Made by a program: the position numbers and the translations under genes. Below, in pieces: positions 50,149 to 59,557 of a stretch of DNA of 64,000 nt; positions within the stretch are counted from its first letter, which is position 1, and each line of letters begins with the position of its first letter. Source of the DNA: Flavobacteriales bacterium (GTDB taxonomy: Bacteria > Bacteroidota > Bacteroidia > Flavobacteriales_F > PHOS-HE28); the NCBI GenBank assembly GCA_046329105.1, contig JAXLVH010000007.1, forward strand, positions 128,515 through 192,514, given 5' to 3'. The notes beneath the pieces were generated by a model, which saw only the letters and a program-made list of their open reading frames with translations, searched no databases and was not told where the DNA came from.

Positions 50149-51597
50149 ATGGCACAGGACACCGACGATATCCTCCGTGAGGTCACCGAAAAGGAGTACG
50201 CCTACGGTTTTGTCACGAACATCGAGAGCGAGAAGGCCGAGAAGGGCCTGAACGAGGACATCGTACGCTTCATCAGCAAGAAGAAGGAAGAGCCGGAGTG
50301 GATGCTGGAGTGGCGCCTCGAGGCCTTCCGGCTCTGGCAGAAAATGGAAGAGCCCACCTGGGCGCATGTGAACTATCCGAAGATCGATTACCAGGACGCC
50401 TATTACTACAGCGCGCCCAAAAAGAAACCGCAACTCAACAGCTTGGACGAGGCCGACCCCGAGCTGGTGAAGACCTTCGAGAAGCTGGGCATCTCCTTGG
50501 AGGAGCAGAAGCGCCTTGCCGGTGTGGCCGTGGATGTGGTGTTCGACAGCGTGAGTGTGAAGACCACTTTCCAGAAGACATTGAAGGAAAAAGGGATCAT
50601 CTTCTGCTCGTTCAGCGAGGCGGTACGGGAACATCCTGATCTGGTAAAGAAGTACATCGGCAGCGTGGTGCCACGCACGGACAACTACTTCGCCGCGCTC
50701 AACAGCGCCGTGTTCAGCGATGGCAGCTTCTGCTACATCCCGCCAGGAGTACGCTGTCCCATGGAGTTGAGCACCTACTTCCGCATCAACGAGGCCATGA
50801 CCGGCCAGTTCGAGCGCACCCTGCTGATCGCCGACGAGGGCGCTTACGTGAGCTACCTGGAAGGATGCACCGCCCCCATCCGCGATGAGCACCAGTTGCA
50901 CGCCGCCGTGGTGGAACTGGTCGCGCTGAAAGACGCGGAGATCAAGTACAGCACCGTCCAGAACTGGTACCCCGGCGACAAGGACGGCAAGGGCGGCATC
51001 TACAATTTCGTCACCAAGCGTGGCCTTTGCCTCGGCGATCGCAGCAAGATCAGCTGGACGCAGGTTGAGACCGGCAGCGCGATCACTTGGAAGTACCCGA
51101 GTTGCGTGCTCAAAGGCGACCACAGTGCGGGCGAGTTCTATAGCGTGGCCGTGACCAACAACCGCCAGCAGGCCGACACGGGCACCAAGATGACCCACAT
51201 CGGCAAGGGCACCAAGAGCACCATCGTGAGCAAGGGCATCAGCGCGGGCTTTTCCAACAACAGCTACCGTGGACTGGTGAAGATCGGTCGCGGCGCGAAA
51301 GGCGCACGGAACTTCAGCCAGTGCGATTCCCTCCTGCTCGGCGACCGCTGCGGCGCACACACCTTCCCGTACATCGAGAGCGAGAACCCCAACGCCATGG
51401 TGGAGCACGAGGCCACCACCAGCAAGATCGGTGAGGACCAGATCTTCTACCTCAACCAGCGCGGCATCGAGACCGAAAAAGCGGTATCACTCATCGTGAA
51501 CGGCTACTGCAAGGAGGTGCTGAACCAACTGCCGATGGAGTTCGCCGTGGAGGCGCAGAAGTTGTTGGCGGTGAGCTTGGAGGGGAGCGTGGGGTGA
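50149..51597 (+). CDS. sufB: Fe-S cluster assembly protein SufB
   Basis: 482 aa, conserved throughout as SufB. Confidence 0.95.
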   Translation: MAQDTDDILREVTEKEYAYGFVTNIESEKAEKGLNEDIVRFISKKKEEPEWMLEWRLEAFRLWQKMEEPTWAHVNYPKIDYQDAYYYSAPKKKPQLNSLDEADPELVKTFEKLGISLEEQKRLAGVAVDVVFDSVSVKTTFQKTLKEKGIIFCSFSEAVREHPDLVKKYIGSVVPRTDNYFAALNSAVFSDGSFCYIPPGVRCPMELSTYFRINEAMTGQFERTLLIADEGAYVSYLEGCTAPIRDEHQLHAAVVELVALKDAEIKYSTVQNWYPGDKDGKGGIYNFVTKRGLCLGDRSKISWTQVETGSAITWKYPSCVLKGDHSAGEFYSVAVTNNRQQADTGTKMTHIGKGTKSTIVSKGISAGFSNNSYRGLVKIGRGAKGARNFSQCDSLLLGDRCGAHTFPYIESENPNAMVEHEATTSKIGEDQIFYLNQRGIETEKAVSLIVNGYCKEVLNQLPMEFAVEAQKLLAVSLEGSVG

Positions 51598-51610
51598 TCG
51601 GCCAACGTTC

Positions 51611-52054
51611 GTGACCGTGTTCCGGCCGACGGCTGTCGCCATTTCATCCTATGCGGCCATCGGCCCCCAATGGTCATCTGCCTGGAACTGCTCGAGGACC
51701 GAGCGCCGCAACTTTGTCAAGGCCTTGCACTTGGCTGTCTCCGCCGAATTGGCACTGGGAGGCTCTATGTCGAATACAGTGGGTAGTCGAACTTGAGCTT
51801 ACCGGTGAGGAAGTATATCACGTTGATGATGTTTTGGATATTCAGGTAGCCCCTTGCCCTTGCTCTGGCGAGTTGGACCTTTGAATTGATCCCTTCGCGG
51901 ATCCCGTTGGAGAAGTGGTACTTGGTGTGGTTGGTGATGCCAGCCCAATACTGGGCAACGGTCTTCGCGAACTTGACAAAAGGGCCAATGGCTGCATCGG
52001 CGGCCAAGTCACACCAGAAGGCCAGGAAGCTCCTGTTTTAACTAAATGGGTCAC
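51611..52054 (-). mobile_element. ISL3-family insertion-sequence remnant
   Basis: It contains the transposase C-terminal fragment listed next. No intact transposase or clear terminal inverted repeats were found. Confidence 0.55.
51765..52007 (-). pseudogene. ISL3-family transposase, C-terminal ~80-aa fragment
   Basis: ...ITNHTKYHFSNGIREGINSKVQLARARARGYLNIQNIINVIYF matches the conserved ISL3 transposase C-terminus (NxxxEGxNxKIKxxKRxAxGYRN). The N-terminus is absent. Confidence 0.6.
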
Positions 52055-52177
52055 CCAAAGTCGATACGGAAGGTTTTGAGCAGTAGTTGTTGGTCTTGGG
52101 TCTTGGCCAGGATCCTGGTCTGGGAGCGGCCTGAAGCCTGGTCATGGATGGTGATGCCATAGACCATTGCGAGGCAT

Positions 52178-52420
52178 TCAAGGCTCCGCGTCAGCAATGG
52201 CGTGGCCTCATTGAAATCTGCCGAAGCGCTTCGACGGGCTCAGCGTGACATTTCAGGTGCCGCGTCGGCAAGAACGCGACCTCATTGAAACGGTGTGTGG
52301 CGATGTTCCCACGGAACATGGGCTCCACGTCAGCAATCGTATGGCGTCATTGAAACCCGTCGAAGCGGTGAGCTTGCCGAACCGTCGACGGGCTCAGCGT
52401 GACATTTCGGGCTCCACGTC
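52178..52420. repeat. ~139-bp tandem repeat (about 2.1 copies) ending in GGCTCAGCGTGACATTTC
   Basis: Units begin near 52181, 52320 and 52410 (GGGCTCCACGTCAGCAAT...CATTGAAA...CGACGGGCTCAGCGTGACATTTC). They share the R1 core GGCTCAGCGTGACA. Confidence 0.7.
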
Positions 52421-52472
52421 TTTTGTCCATGAAGGCCTTTCCGTTGATCATGCGCCCGATCGGTGGACGCCT

Positions 52473-54200
52473 CTACCGCAGCACGCGCATCACCGGATAG
52501 AGCCGATGCCCCGGCTCGTAGTGCGGCGATCGTTGGTACACCCAGTACAATTGTTGCCACGCATCCGCCGCGAAGGCGGGATCGGTGCTGCGGCGATCGT
52601 TCAACTCCTTTCGCAGTTCCGGGTCCTTGGCCAGCAGTTCTGCGGCGATGCTCTCGAAGACATAATCACTGAACCACTCCTTCTGCTGCAGCACACTGTC
52701 GAAGAAGCCCCAGGCGAAGAACCCGTCCGAGGCCCGTGGCTCGAGCATTTCCATGGCCAGGCGGTCCGTGCGGTGGCCCATGGGCACCAACACATCGCCC
52801 GGGTGGAGTACGACCTCGATGGTGTCCGTGGTGGTGCTGACCCCTTGATGCAGGTAGTGCCCTTCGTACGGTTCGCGCACCGTGCCGAAGTCGGTGATGC
52901 GCTGGGCCTCCACGCGCTCGGTCCGCTCCTCGTTCACGGTGTCCAGTGGAACACCGGCGAGGCGCAACCGCTGGATCACCTCGGGCCAGGCCTGCGGCAC
53001 CAGGTAAGCCACGGGCTTGGTGAGGGTGATCGTCGGGATCGCATGGTCCCGCCATGGCACCAGGGTGTCCATGCGCTGCGACCGGTCGTAGTGCAATTGC
53101 GGCAGGCCCGATACGGCGCTGGGTCGTTCGGAGGCCGTATACCCTTTCCACGGGAGCAGTTCTGTACGCGTGGTATCAATTTGCCAGTTGAGGCCGAAGG
53201 CTTCTGCTGCGGCCGTGTTGCTTCCGGCCTGCATGCGGCTTGTGCGCAGCTCTTCACCGTGCTGATCCATCACGGCGAGCGTGGCCAGCATGAGCTGAAA
53301 GGTGGCGTTCACACGATCGGCGTACGGCTTCAACATGTGCGATTCGGACAGCAGCCCGATGCGCCCTTGGAGCGCGGAGAATCCCGTGCTGTAGCGTGGT
53401 CCGTCCACGAAGCCCTCCAGCCCGTGCTCCGGGGGTCCGTCCACCGTTTCGAAGTACGGGCACATCCCGATGTCCTTGCGCTCCATCCAAGTGTACAGGC
53501 CGGGGAGCAAGTGGTCGTTCGCGAAGGACCTCAGCGTGGGATCCAGCTTGTCGCGATGCGTCAGCAGCAACTCCATCAGGTACCGGTGGTCGGCCCCATC
53601 GCTCACATGCGTTTCCATATAGATGTCCGGATCCCAGCGGGTGAGTGCGGCTACCAGCGATCGGGTATTGCGCGAGTCCATTTTCATGAAGTCACGATTG
53701 AGGTCCAGGTTGCGTGCATTGCCTCGGAAGCCATACGCCTCGGGGCCGTTCTGGTTCACCCGCAGGGCGCCGTTGCGTTGCAGCGCACCTCTCACGTTGT
53801 ACATGGGTACGATGCACACGGCGGTGTGGACGGTGAGCCCCATCAGTTGGTCGCTCTCCAGCAGCGCCCGTGCCAGCAAGAGGCTCGCATCCACGCCGTC
53901 GGGTTCGCCGGGATGGATGCCGTTGGTGATCCACAGGATGTTCTTCCCGCTTGCACGGATGCTGTCGGGGGAGAAGCCGCTGCCATCGCTCACCACGAAG
54001 AGGTGGATGGGGAGTCCGTTGTCGTCGTACCCCATCACCTGCAATTGGGCGCCGGTGTGCAGGCTGTCGAGCTCTGCGTAGCGCGCGATGGCCTCTTGCC
54101 AGGTGGGTGTGGTGTTTCCAGTGAAGGTCCATTGAGCGGCACAATGCGACCAGAGGAAACCAGTGACGGCACACAGGAGCCATCGTGTGCAACAGGACAT
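52473..54200 (-). CDS. M14-family zinc carboxypeptidase, secreted
   Basis: Signal peptide and the HPGE zinc-binding motif (NGIHPGEPDG), with an M14-like fold. Confidence 0.8.
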   Translation of the reverse strand: MSCCTRWLLCAVTGFLWSHCAAQWTFTGNTTPTWQEAIARYAELDSLHTGAQLQVMGYDDNGLPIHLFVVSDGSGFSPDSIRASGKNILWITNGIHPGEPDGVDASLLLARALLESDQLMGLTVHTAVCIVPMYNVRGALQRNGALRVNQNGPEAYGFRGNARNLDLNRDFMKMDSRNTRSLVAALTRWDPDIYMETHVSDGADHRYLMELLLTHRDKLDPTLRSFANDHLLPGLYTWMERKDIGMCPYFETVDGPPEHGLEGFVDGPRYSTGFSALQGRIGLLSESHMLKPYADRVNATFQLMLATLAVMDQHGEELRTSRMQAGSNTAAAEAFGLNWQIDTTRTELLPWKGYTASERPSAVSGLPQLHYDRSQRMDTLVPWRDHAIPTITLTKPVAYLVPQAWPEVIQRLRLAGVPLDTVNEERTERVEAQRITDFGTVREPYEGHYLHQGVSTTTDTIEVVLHPGDVLVPMGHRTDRLAMEMLEPRASDGFFAWGFFDSVLQQKEWFSDYVFESIAAELLAKDPELRKELNDRRSTDPAFAADAWQQLYWVYQRSPHYEPGHRLYPVMRVLR

Positions 54201-54467
54201 CGGGTCAGGCATATGTGAATTTCGGTATGATGATCCGAAGCACCTCCATCGCTCGGCCCGGAGGAAGGGGGGCCTCGATGCGGAACTGCGACAGCGTCAC
54301 CAATGTCGGTCCCCGGGTGTTCCGCGTTCCCATCACGGCAAAGGAACAGCGGGACAACCTCAGGACATCATCGGACCGGCTCCTCAATGATCGTTAACGG
54401 ATCGAGGTCCGTTGAACCTTGTGGCCCGATGCTTGTCACAACACCACCGAACCCAACGTGAACGAAC

Positions 54468-54875
54468 ATGAAGAAGCTATTGATGCTGATGGTGCTGGCC
54501 GCTATGACCGCCACCGTCCAAGCCCAGGACACCGGCAAGAGGACCACTCAGGAAAGGGCTCATGCGCGCTCGGAACGCATGGCCAAGGAACTCGGCCTGA
54601 GTCCGGAGCAACAAGCGAAAGTGGAAGCCATCGACCTGAAGTACGCCGAGCGGTCGCAAGCCTTGCGTGCCGAACGCGAAGCCAAGGAGGATGGGGCACG
54701 GAAGGATGGCCAAGGCCGCGCGATCCGCGATGCGCGCGAGGTGGAAATGAAAGGGGTGCTCACTCCGGAGCAATTCTCGCGGTGGAAGGCGAAGCGCGAC
54801 GAACTGAAAGCGCGCCGTACCGCGCAACACAAAGCGTTGCGCTCAACGAAGAAGGAGGCGATCCCGCAGCAGTAG
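54468..54875 (+). CDS. hypothetical secreted helical protein (Spy/LTXXQ-like)
   Basis: Signal peptide, Lys/Glu/Arg-rich helical repeats and an LSPEQ motif. Confidence 0.45.
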   Translation: MKKLLMLMVLAAMTATVQAQDTGKRTTQERAHARSERMAKELGLSPEQQAKVEAIDLKYAERSQALRAEREAKEDGARKDGQGRAIRDAREVEMKGVLTPEQFSRWKAKRDELKARRTAQHKALRSTKKEAIPQQ

Positions 54876-54953
54876 GAAACGGGATCTTGAAGAGTGTTCC
54901 GTTACCGCACTTCCCAAGAGCCATGGTGAGCACGCTTGCCCTGACGAGGGCTT

Positions 54954-55085
54954 GGCCGGCGGACTTCACGGTTCGGTGGGCTCGCCGCGACACGCCTTTG
55001 TGATCATCCAGGGCGATCGGCATGGAGAAGCATCCAATGAACGCCCCGCGGGATATCGGCGGGGCGTTCGCGTTCACCTGCTTCC
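54954..55085. repeat. ~131-bp direct repeat, copy 1 (duplicate of arsC 3'-flank/terminator)
   Basis: About 88% identical to 55423..55553. Contains a strong hairpin GAACGCCCCGC-gggatatcg-GCGGGGCGTTC. Confidence 0.8.
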
Positions 55086-55274
55086 TGTTTCCAGTGATCG
55101 GGATACCCGTGGCGATCCGCGAGGGCAAAAATTCGTGGTCAAGCGGGCAGGTCAGGTCCGAATACCCGACCCAAGAACGGAAGTGCCCGTCCATCAGCGC
55201 TTGTAGCGCGGGATAGCGCCAGGAGCCGGGATGAGTACTGGGAACAGGAGTATGACGCTTCGGCCCTTCCGGTG

Positions 55275-55410
55275 TCAGGGCAGGCTCGCTCAGCGTGACA
55301 GTTCATAGGGAGTAATAGAACAGTGCTCGTGGACACCCATGACCCCACTGTCACGCTGAGCCGGCCGACTGCGCCTATGCGTAGCCGCTCCGGCGATGCG
55401 AGGAGCGCTA
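55275..55410. repeat. palindromic dispersed repeat (R1 family, copy D)
   Basis: GGCTCGCTCAGCGTGACAG-N45-CTGTCACGCTGAGCC + GGCCGACTGCGCCTATGCGTAGCCGCTCCGGCGATGCGAGGAGCGC. Confidence 0.8.
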
Positions 55411-55422
55411 CAACAAGCCGGT

Positions 55423-55553
55423 ATCGGCGGACTTCACGGTTCGAGGGGCTCGTCGGGACACGCCCTTGTGATCATCCTGGGCGATCGGCAAGGAGGTGCA
55501 TCAAATGAATGCCCCGTGGAATATCGGCGGGGCGTTCGCGCTCACCTGCTTCA
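55423..55553. repeat. ~131-bp direct repeat, copy 2 (abuts the arsC stop)
   Basis: See 54954..55085. Confidence 0.8.
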
Positions 55554-55913
55554 CTTCAACTTCTTCCCGGCGGCGATCATGCCCTCCACGGCCGCCTTCG
55601 TGTTGCCGATGTGGATCGCATCACCCACCACCATCACCGGGCGCTTCAGGAAGGTATACTCCTGCAGGATGTATATGCGGTAGTCCTTCTCGGTGAGCCG
55701 TTTTTCGTGCAAGCCCAGCGGCCGGTATTTCATGGACCGACGGCTGAACAACGCTTCGTAGCTGCCGGCCAACTCCTTCATCCCGTCCAGTTCTTCCGCG
55801 GTGATCGGAGCACTCTTGATCTCGCGCAGGGTGAATTTCCCAAGGTTCGGTATGGAGCCGAGGATGCGCTGGCACGTGCTGCAGGTGGCCAGGTGGTAGA
55901 TGGTCGCGGGCAT
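55551..55913 (-). CDS. ArsC/Spx-family thiol reductase (YffB-like)
   Basis: N-terminal IYHLATCSTCQ with the catalytic Cys in the ArsC-family context. 120 aa. Confidence 0.75.
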   Translation of the reverse strand: MPATIYHLATCSTCQRILGSIPNLGKFTLREIKSAPITAEELDGMKELAGSYEALFSRRSMKYRPLGLHEKRLTEKDYRIYILQEYTFLKRPVMVVGDAIHIGNTKAAVEGMIAAGKKLK

Positions 55914-56091
55914 GCTGGAAGAAGCCTTTTCCGTGCGGTGAACGCGGCGAAGATGGGGCATGATACGCGGTCGGATCATTTTTGACCCCGCCACCCATCC
56001 CTGCAAGTTCCCGTTCATCACATTGGAAACATTTTTCCTTACATAATGTTTCCTGTGTTCCGATGGCATCTATTTTTGCGCTCCCTGAACG

Positions 56092-56763
56092 ATGGCCCCC
56101 GGCAAGAACATACCGCATCCCGCATCCGCGCTGGCACCTGTGGACGACCGTTGGGAGCGCATCGTGGACGGTGCGTGCCGCATTTTCTGGAAGCTCGGCA
56201 TCAAGAGCGTGACCATGGACGATGTGGCCACCCGCCTGGGCATTTCGAAGAAGACGCTCTACCAGTACGTCACCTGCAAGGACGACCTGGTGGGCCGCGT
56301 ACTGAAGCACCAGGAGCAGAGTTATCAGTGCGATATCGAGGCGGTCCGGTCGGTGGAGAAGCAGAACGCCATCGATGAGTTGTACGCCATCACCACCAAG
56401 GTGGCCGCGCACCTCAAGGATATGCACCCCAGCGTCCATTTTGACCTGGAGAAGTACCACCCCGAGGCCTTCCGCACCCTGGTGACCAAGCGCCGTACGG
56501 CGATCTTCCGCAACATGTCCGACAACTTGGAACGGGGCATCCGGGAAGGCCTGTACCGCGAGGACCTCAACGTTCCGATGATCGCCACCATCTACCTGGC
56601 GCGCTTCGATCTGATGTTCGAGGGCAAGTTGGTGCCGCCCGCCACGTTCAATGTGGAGGATCTGCATTGGGAGATCTTCCGGTACCATGTGCGCGGGATC
56701 GCCAGCAGGAAGGGCCTGGATCACCTGGAGAAGAAAATGAACAAGGAACACGGCACCCGATGA
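56092..56763 (+). CDS. TetR/AcrR-family transcriptional regulator
   Basis: HTH VTMDDVATRLGISKKTLYQY. Lies directly upstream of the efflux genes. Confidence 0.85.
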   Translation: MAPGKNIPHPASALAPVDDRWERIVDGACRIFWKLGIKSVTMDDVATRLGISKKTLYQYVTCKDDLVGRVLKHQEQSYQCDIEAVRSVEKQNAIDELYAITTKVAAHLKDMHPSVHFDLEKYHPEAFRTLVTKRRTAIFRNMSDNLERGIREGLYREDLNVPMIATIYLARFDLMFEGKLVPPATFNVEDLHWEIFRYHVRGIASRKGLDHLEKKMNKEHGTR

Positions 56764-58082
56764 GGTCGACCATCACCACTTTCCTTTTCTTGTCGGCAAC
56801 ACTCGGCGCATGTGCGCAGGGTCCCGTGAGCCTGAGTCTGCAACAAGCGGTCGACCTGGCCGCCAAGCAGGGATATGCCGTACAGGCCAGCGCGCTTGAA
56901 GCGGAGAAGACCCTGGCCCGCACCAAGGAGATCACCGCCGTGGGACTGCCGCAGATCAGCGGGTCCGGTACATTGAACAACTACCTGAAAGTGCCCAAGA
57001 TGGTGGTGCCCAACTTCTTCGGTGGAGAGGGTGTGGCGGCCATCGAGTTCGCTCTGCCGTGGAGCATCACGGGTGCGGTCCAGTTGCAGCAGCTGCTCTT
57101 TGATGGCAGCTACCTCGTGGGCCTGCAGGCTGCCAAGGAACTACGCACCAAGAGCGCGATGGACCTGGAGCAAACGGTACTCAACGCCAAAGTGCAGGCC
57201 ACCAAGGCGTACCTGAGCGTACTGGCGGCCGAGGAGGGGGAGCGGATCACGGCGGAAGGTCTGCCACTGCTGGAAAAGGCCTTGGCCGATGCGCAGGTCA
57301 TGTTGGAACAAGGCCTGTTGGAGACCACCGATGCCGACCGCATCACCGTTCAGTTGGACGAGACGCGGAACCAGCAGCGGAACCTGCATCAGCAGTCGAG
57401 CGTGGCACGCTCCTACCTCGCGCTCGTACTCGGCCTGCCCGCCGGCACCCCGATCAGCCTCACCGATGCCCTGCAACCGCTGATCGACGATCCCGCGTGG
57501 GCCGGACTCGCGGATGCGACCTTCGATGCCAACGGGCACATAGACCAGAAGGTGGCGCAGAGCGCCTTGCGACTGGCGGCTATGGACGTGCGCAACAAGA
57601 AGGCCGCCTACCTGCCATCGCTCGGGGGCTTCATCAACTACCAACAAGCTTATAATTACATCGAATTCGATATCGGGAACGGGAGCTGGTGGTTCCCGGG
57701 CTCGATGTGGGGCCTTCAACTGAACGTGCCCATCTTCAGCAGCGGTCGGCGCAAGAACCTGGTGAAGCAGGCCGAGTTCGCCATGGAGCAGGCCGCTGTC
57801 AACGTGAAGGCCACCGAACAACGGCTCCTTGCCGAGCGCGAGCAGCAACAGGCCGTGCTCCGCGCCGCCCAGGATGGTTATGATACCGGAAAAAAGAACC
57901 TCGCACTCGGCAGGAGCATCTTCGAGCGCACCTCCATCAAGTTCAATGAGGGGATGGCCAGCAGCTTCGAACTGACCCAGGAGCACGGCAATTACCTCAC
58001 CGCACAGCAGAATCATATCCAACGCATCATCGCCCTGCTGCAGGCCCGGGCCGATATGCGCAAGGCCCTCGGGGCGTATTGA
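56760..58082 (+). CDS. TolC-family outer-membrane efflux protein
   Basis: Signal peptide and duplicated TolC repeats. The start overlaps the TetR stop. Confidence 0.85.
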   Translation: MRSTITTFLFLSATLGACAQGPVSLSLQQAVDLAAKQGYAVQASALEAEKTLARTKEITAVGLPQISGSGTLNNYLKVPKMVVPNFFGGEGVAAIEFALPWSITGAVQLQQLLFDGSYLVGLQAAKELRTKSAMDLEQTVLNAKVQATKAYLSVLAAEEGERITAEGLPLLEKALADAQVMLEQGLLETTDADRITVQLDETRNQQRNLHQQSSVARSYLALVLGLPAGTPISLTDALQPLIDDPAWAGLADATFDANGHIDQKVAQSALRLAAMDVRNKKAAYLPSLGGFINYQQAYNYIEFDIGNGSWWFPGSMWGLQLNVPIFSSGRRKNLVKQAEFAMEQAAVNVKATEQRLLAEREQQQAVLRAAQDGYDTGKKNLALGRSIFERTSIKFNEGMASSFELTQEHGNYLTAQQNHIQRIIALLQARADMRKALGAY

Positions 58083-58212
58083 CCAAGGACGCACGCACAC
58101 CAGGAACCGGACCAACCGCCCGATCCCGCGTGGAACAGACCACATGCGCTGCCTCACCCGCTACCCGCATCAGCTCCCCTACCGCTCAACTCCCCACCGC
58201 AACTGACCACGC

Positions 58213-59361
58213 ATGAAACGTATCCTTCTCTTCACACTTGTTCCTGTGATCCTCGCGGCATGCGGCGGCACCGACAACAGCGACATCGGGCAGAAGCGCG
58301 CCGAATTGGAACGCCTCAAGAGCCATTACAAGGCCACCGCCGACAGCATCAAGGTGATCGAGGAGTGGTTGGTGGAGCATGACAGCACCATGCGTCGCAA
58401 CCTGCCGGTGGTCTCTTCCGATACCGTGGTGGCGGGGGCTTTCACCCATTACGTGGACGTACACGGCAACGTGCGCGCCGACAAGGCCGCCGCACTCTAT
58501 AGCAACGGCGGGCGCGTGCGCCGGATCCTGGTGCAACCAGGTGATGCGGTGCGGCGCGGCGACCTGATCATCTCGATCGACAACGACATGGCCGCTGAAC
58601 AGATCCAACAGGCCGAGGCCGCCTACGAACTGGCGAAGACCGCCTTCGAGAAGCAGGAGCGCCTGTGGAAGCAAAAGATCGGCAGCGAGATGCAATACCT
58701 CCAGGCCAAAAGCCAGAAGGAACAGGCCGAAGCGGGCCTCGCCACCCTGCGCGAACAACAGCGCCTCACCAACATCACCGCGCCTTTCGACGGCACGGTG
58801 GACGACATCATGGTGCGTGTTGGCGACATGACCAGTCCGCTGCAGCCCGCCGCGCGCGTGGTGGACCTGAGCGGTGTGCAGCTGGAGGCTGATGTGCCCG
58901 AGAGCTACCTCGCCACCATCCGGAACGGCGCACCCGTGAAGGTGAGCTTCCCGAGCCTTGATGTGCATTTCGATGCCACCCTGGCGCATGTGGGCAAGTT
59001 CATCGATCCTTCGAACCGTACGTTCAAGGTGACGGTGCGCGTACCCCAGGGCGAACCGAGCATGCGCCCCAACCTGCTGAGTGACATCAGCATCCAGGAC
59101 CATCACAGCGACAGTGCGCTGGTGGTGCCCGGGCGCGCGGTGCTCCAGGATGTGAAGGGCAACAATTACATCTTCACGTTGGAACCGACCCGCGGCAATG
59201 AGGCCGTCTGCCACAAGGTGATGGTCGATCGCCTGAGTGGATACAAAGGCCGCGTCAGCATTGCACCAGTGACCCCCGGTGCACTGAAGGGCGGAGAACG
59301 GATCGTGGACGAAGGCGCCAAGAATGTCACCGATGGCCTGACTGTGCGCGTGGCGAATTGA
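58213..59361 (+). CDS. efflux RND periplasmic adaptor subunit (HlyD/MFP)
   Basis: Lipobox ILAACGG, a coiled coil, and biotinyl-lipoyl-like and beta-barrel segments. Confidence 0.85.
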   Translation: MKRILLFTLVPVILAACGGTDNSDIGQKRAELERLKSHYKATADSIKVIEEWLVEHDSTMRRNLPVVSSDTVVAGAFTHYVDVHGNVRADKAAALYSNGGRVRRILVQPGDAVRRGDLIISIDNDMAAEQIQQAEAAYELAKTAFEKQERLWKQKIGSEMQYLQAKSQKEQAEAGLATLREQQRLTNITAPFDGTVDDIMVRVGDMTSPLQPAARVVDLSGVQLEADVPESYLATIRNGAPVKVSFPSLDVHFDATLAHVGKFIDPSNRTFKVTVRVPQGEPSMRPNLLSDISIQDHHSDSALVVPGRAVLQDVKGNNYIFTLEPTRGNEAVCHKVMVDRLSGYKGRVSIAPVTPGALKGGERIVDEGAKNVTDGLTVRVAN

Positions 59362-59557
59362 GGAACATCCTCACCACAGAGGCACAGAGGACACAGAGAA
59401 AGACCACATGAAGCGGCAAGGAGCGGATCAGCGAGTGCGAGTTGCATTTCTCGGTGTCTCCGTGCATCTGTGGTGAACACGAATTGAACAATGGCCCCAG
59501 CAGCCCAAGCGCATTCCTCCGTGCCCTCTGTGCCTCTGTGGTGAAAAGCATTCCAGC

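Noticed and set aside
52245-54218. 657-aa plus-strand ORF
   Set aside because: It is antisense to the M14 carboxypeptidase, whose HPGE zinc motif and signal peptide identify the real coding strand.
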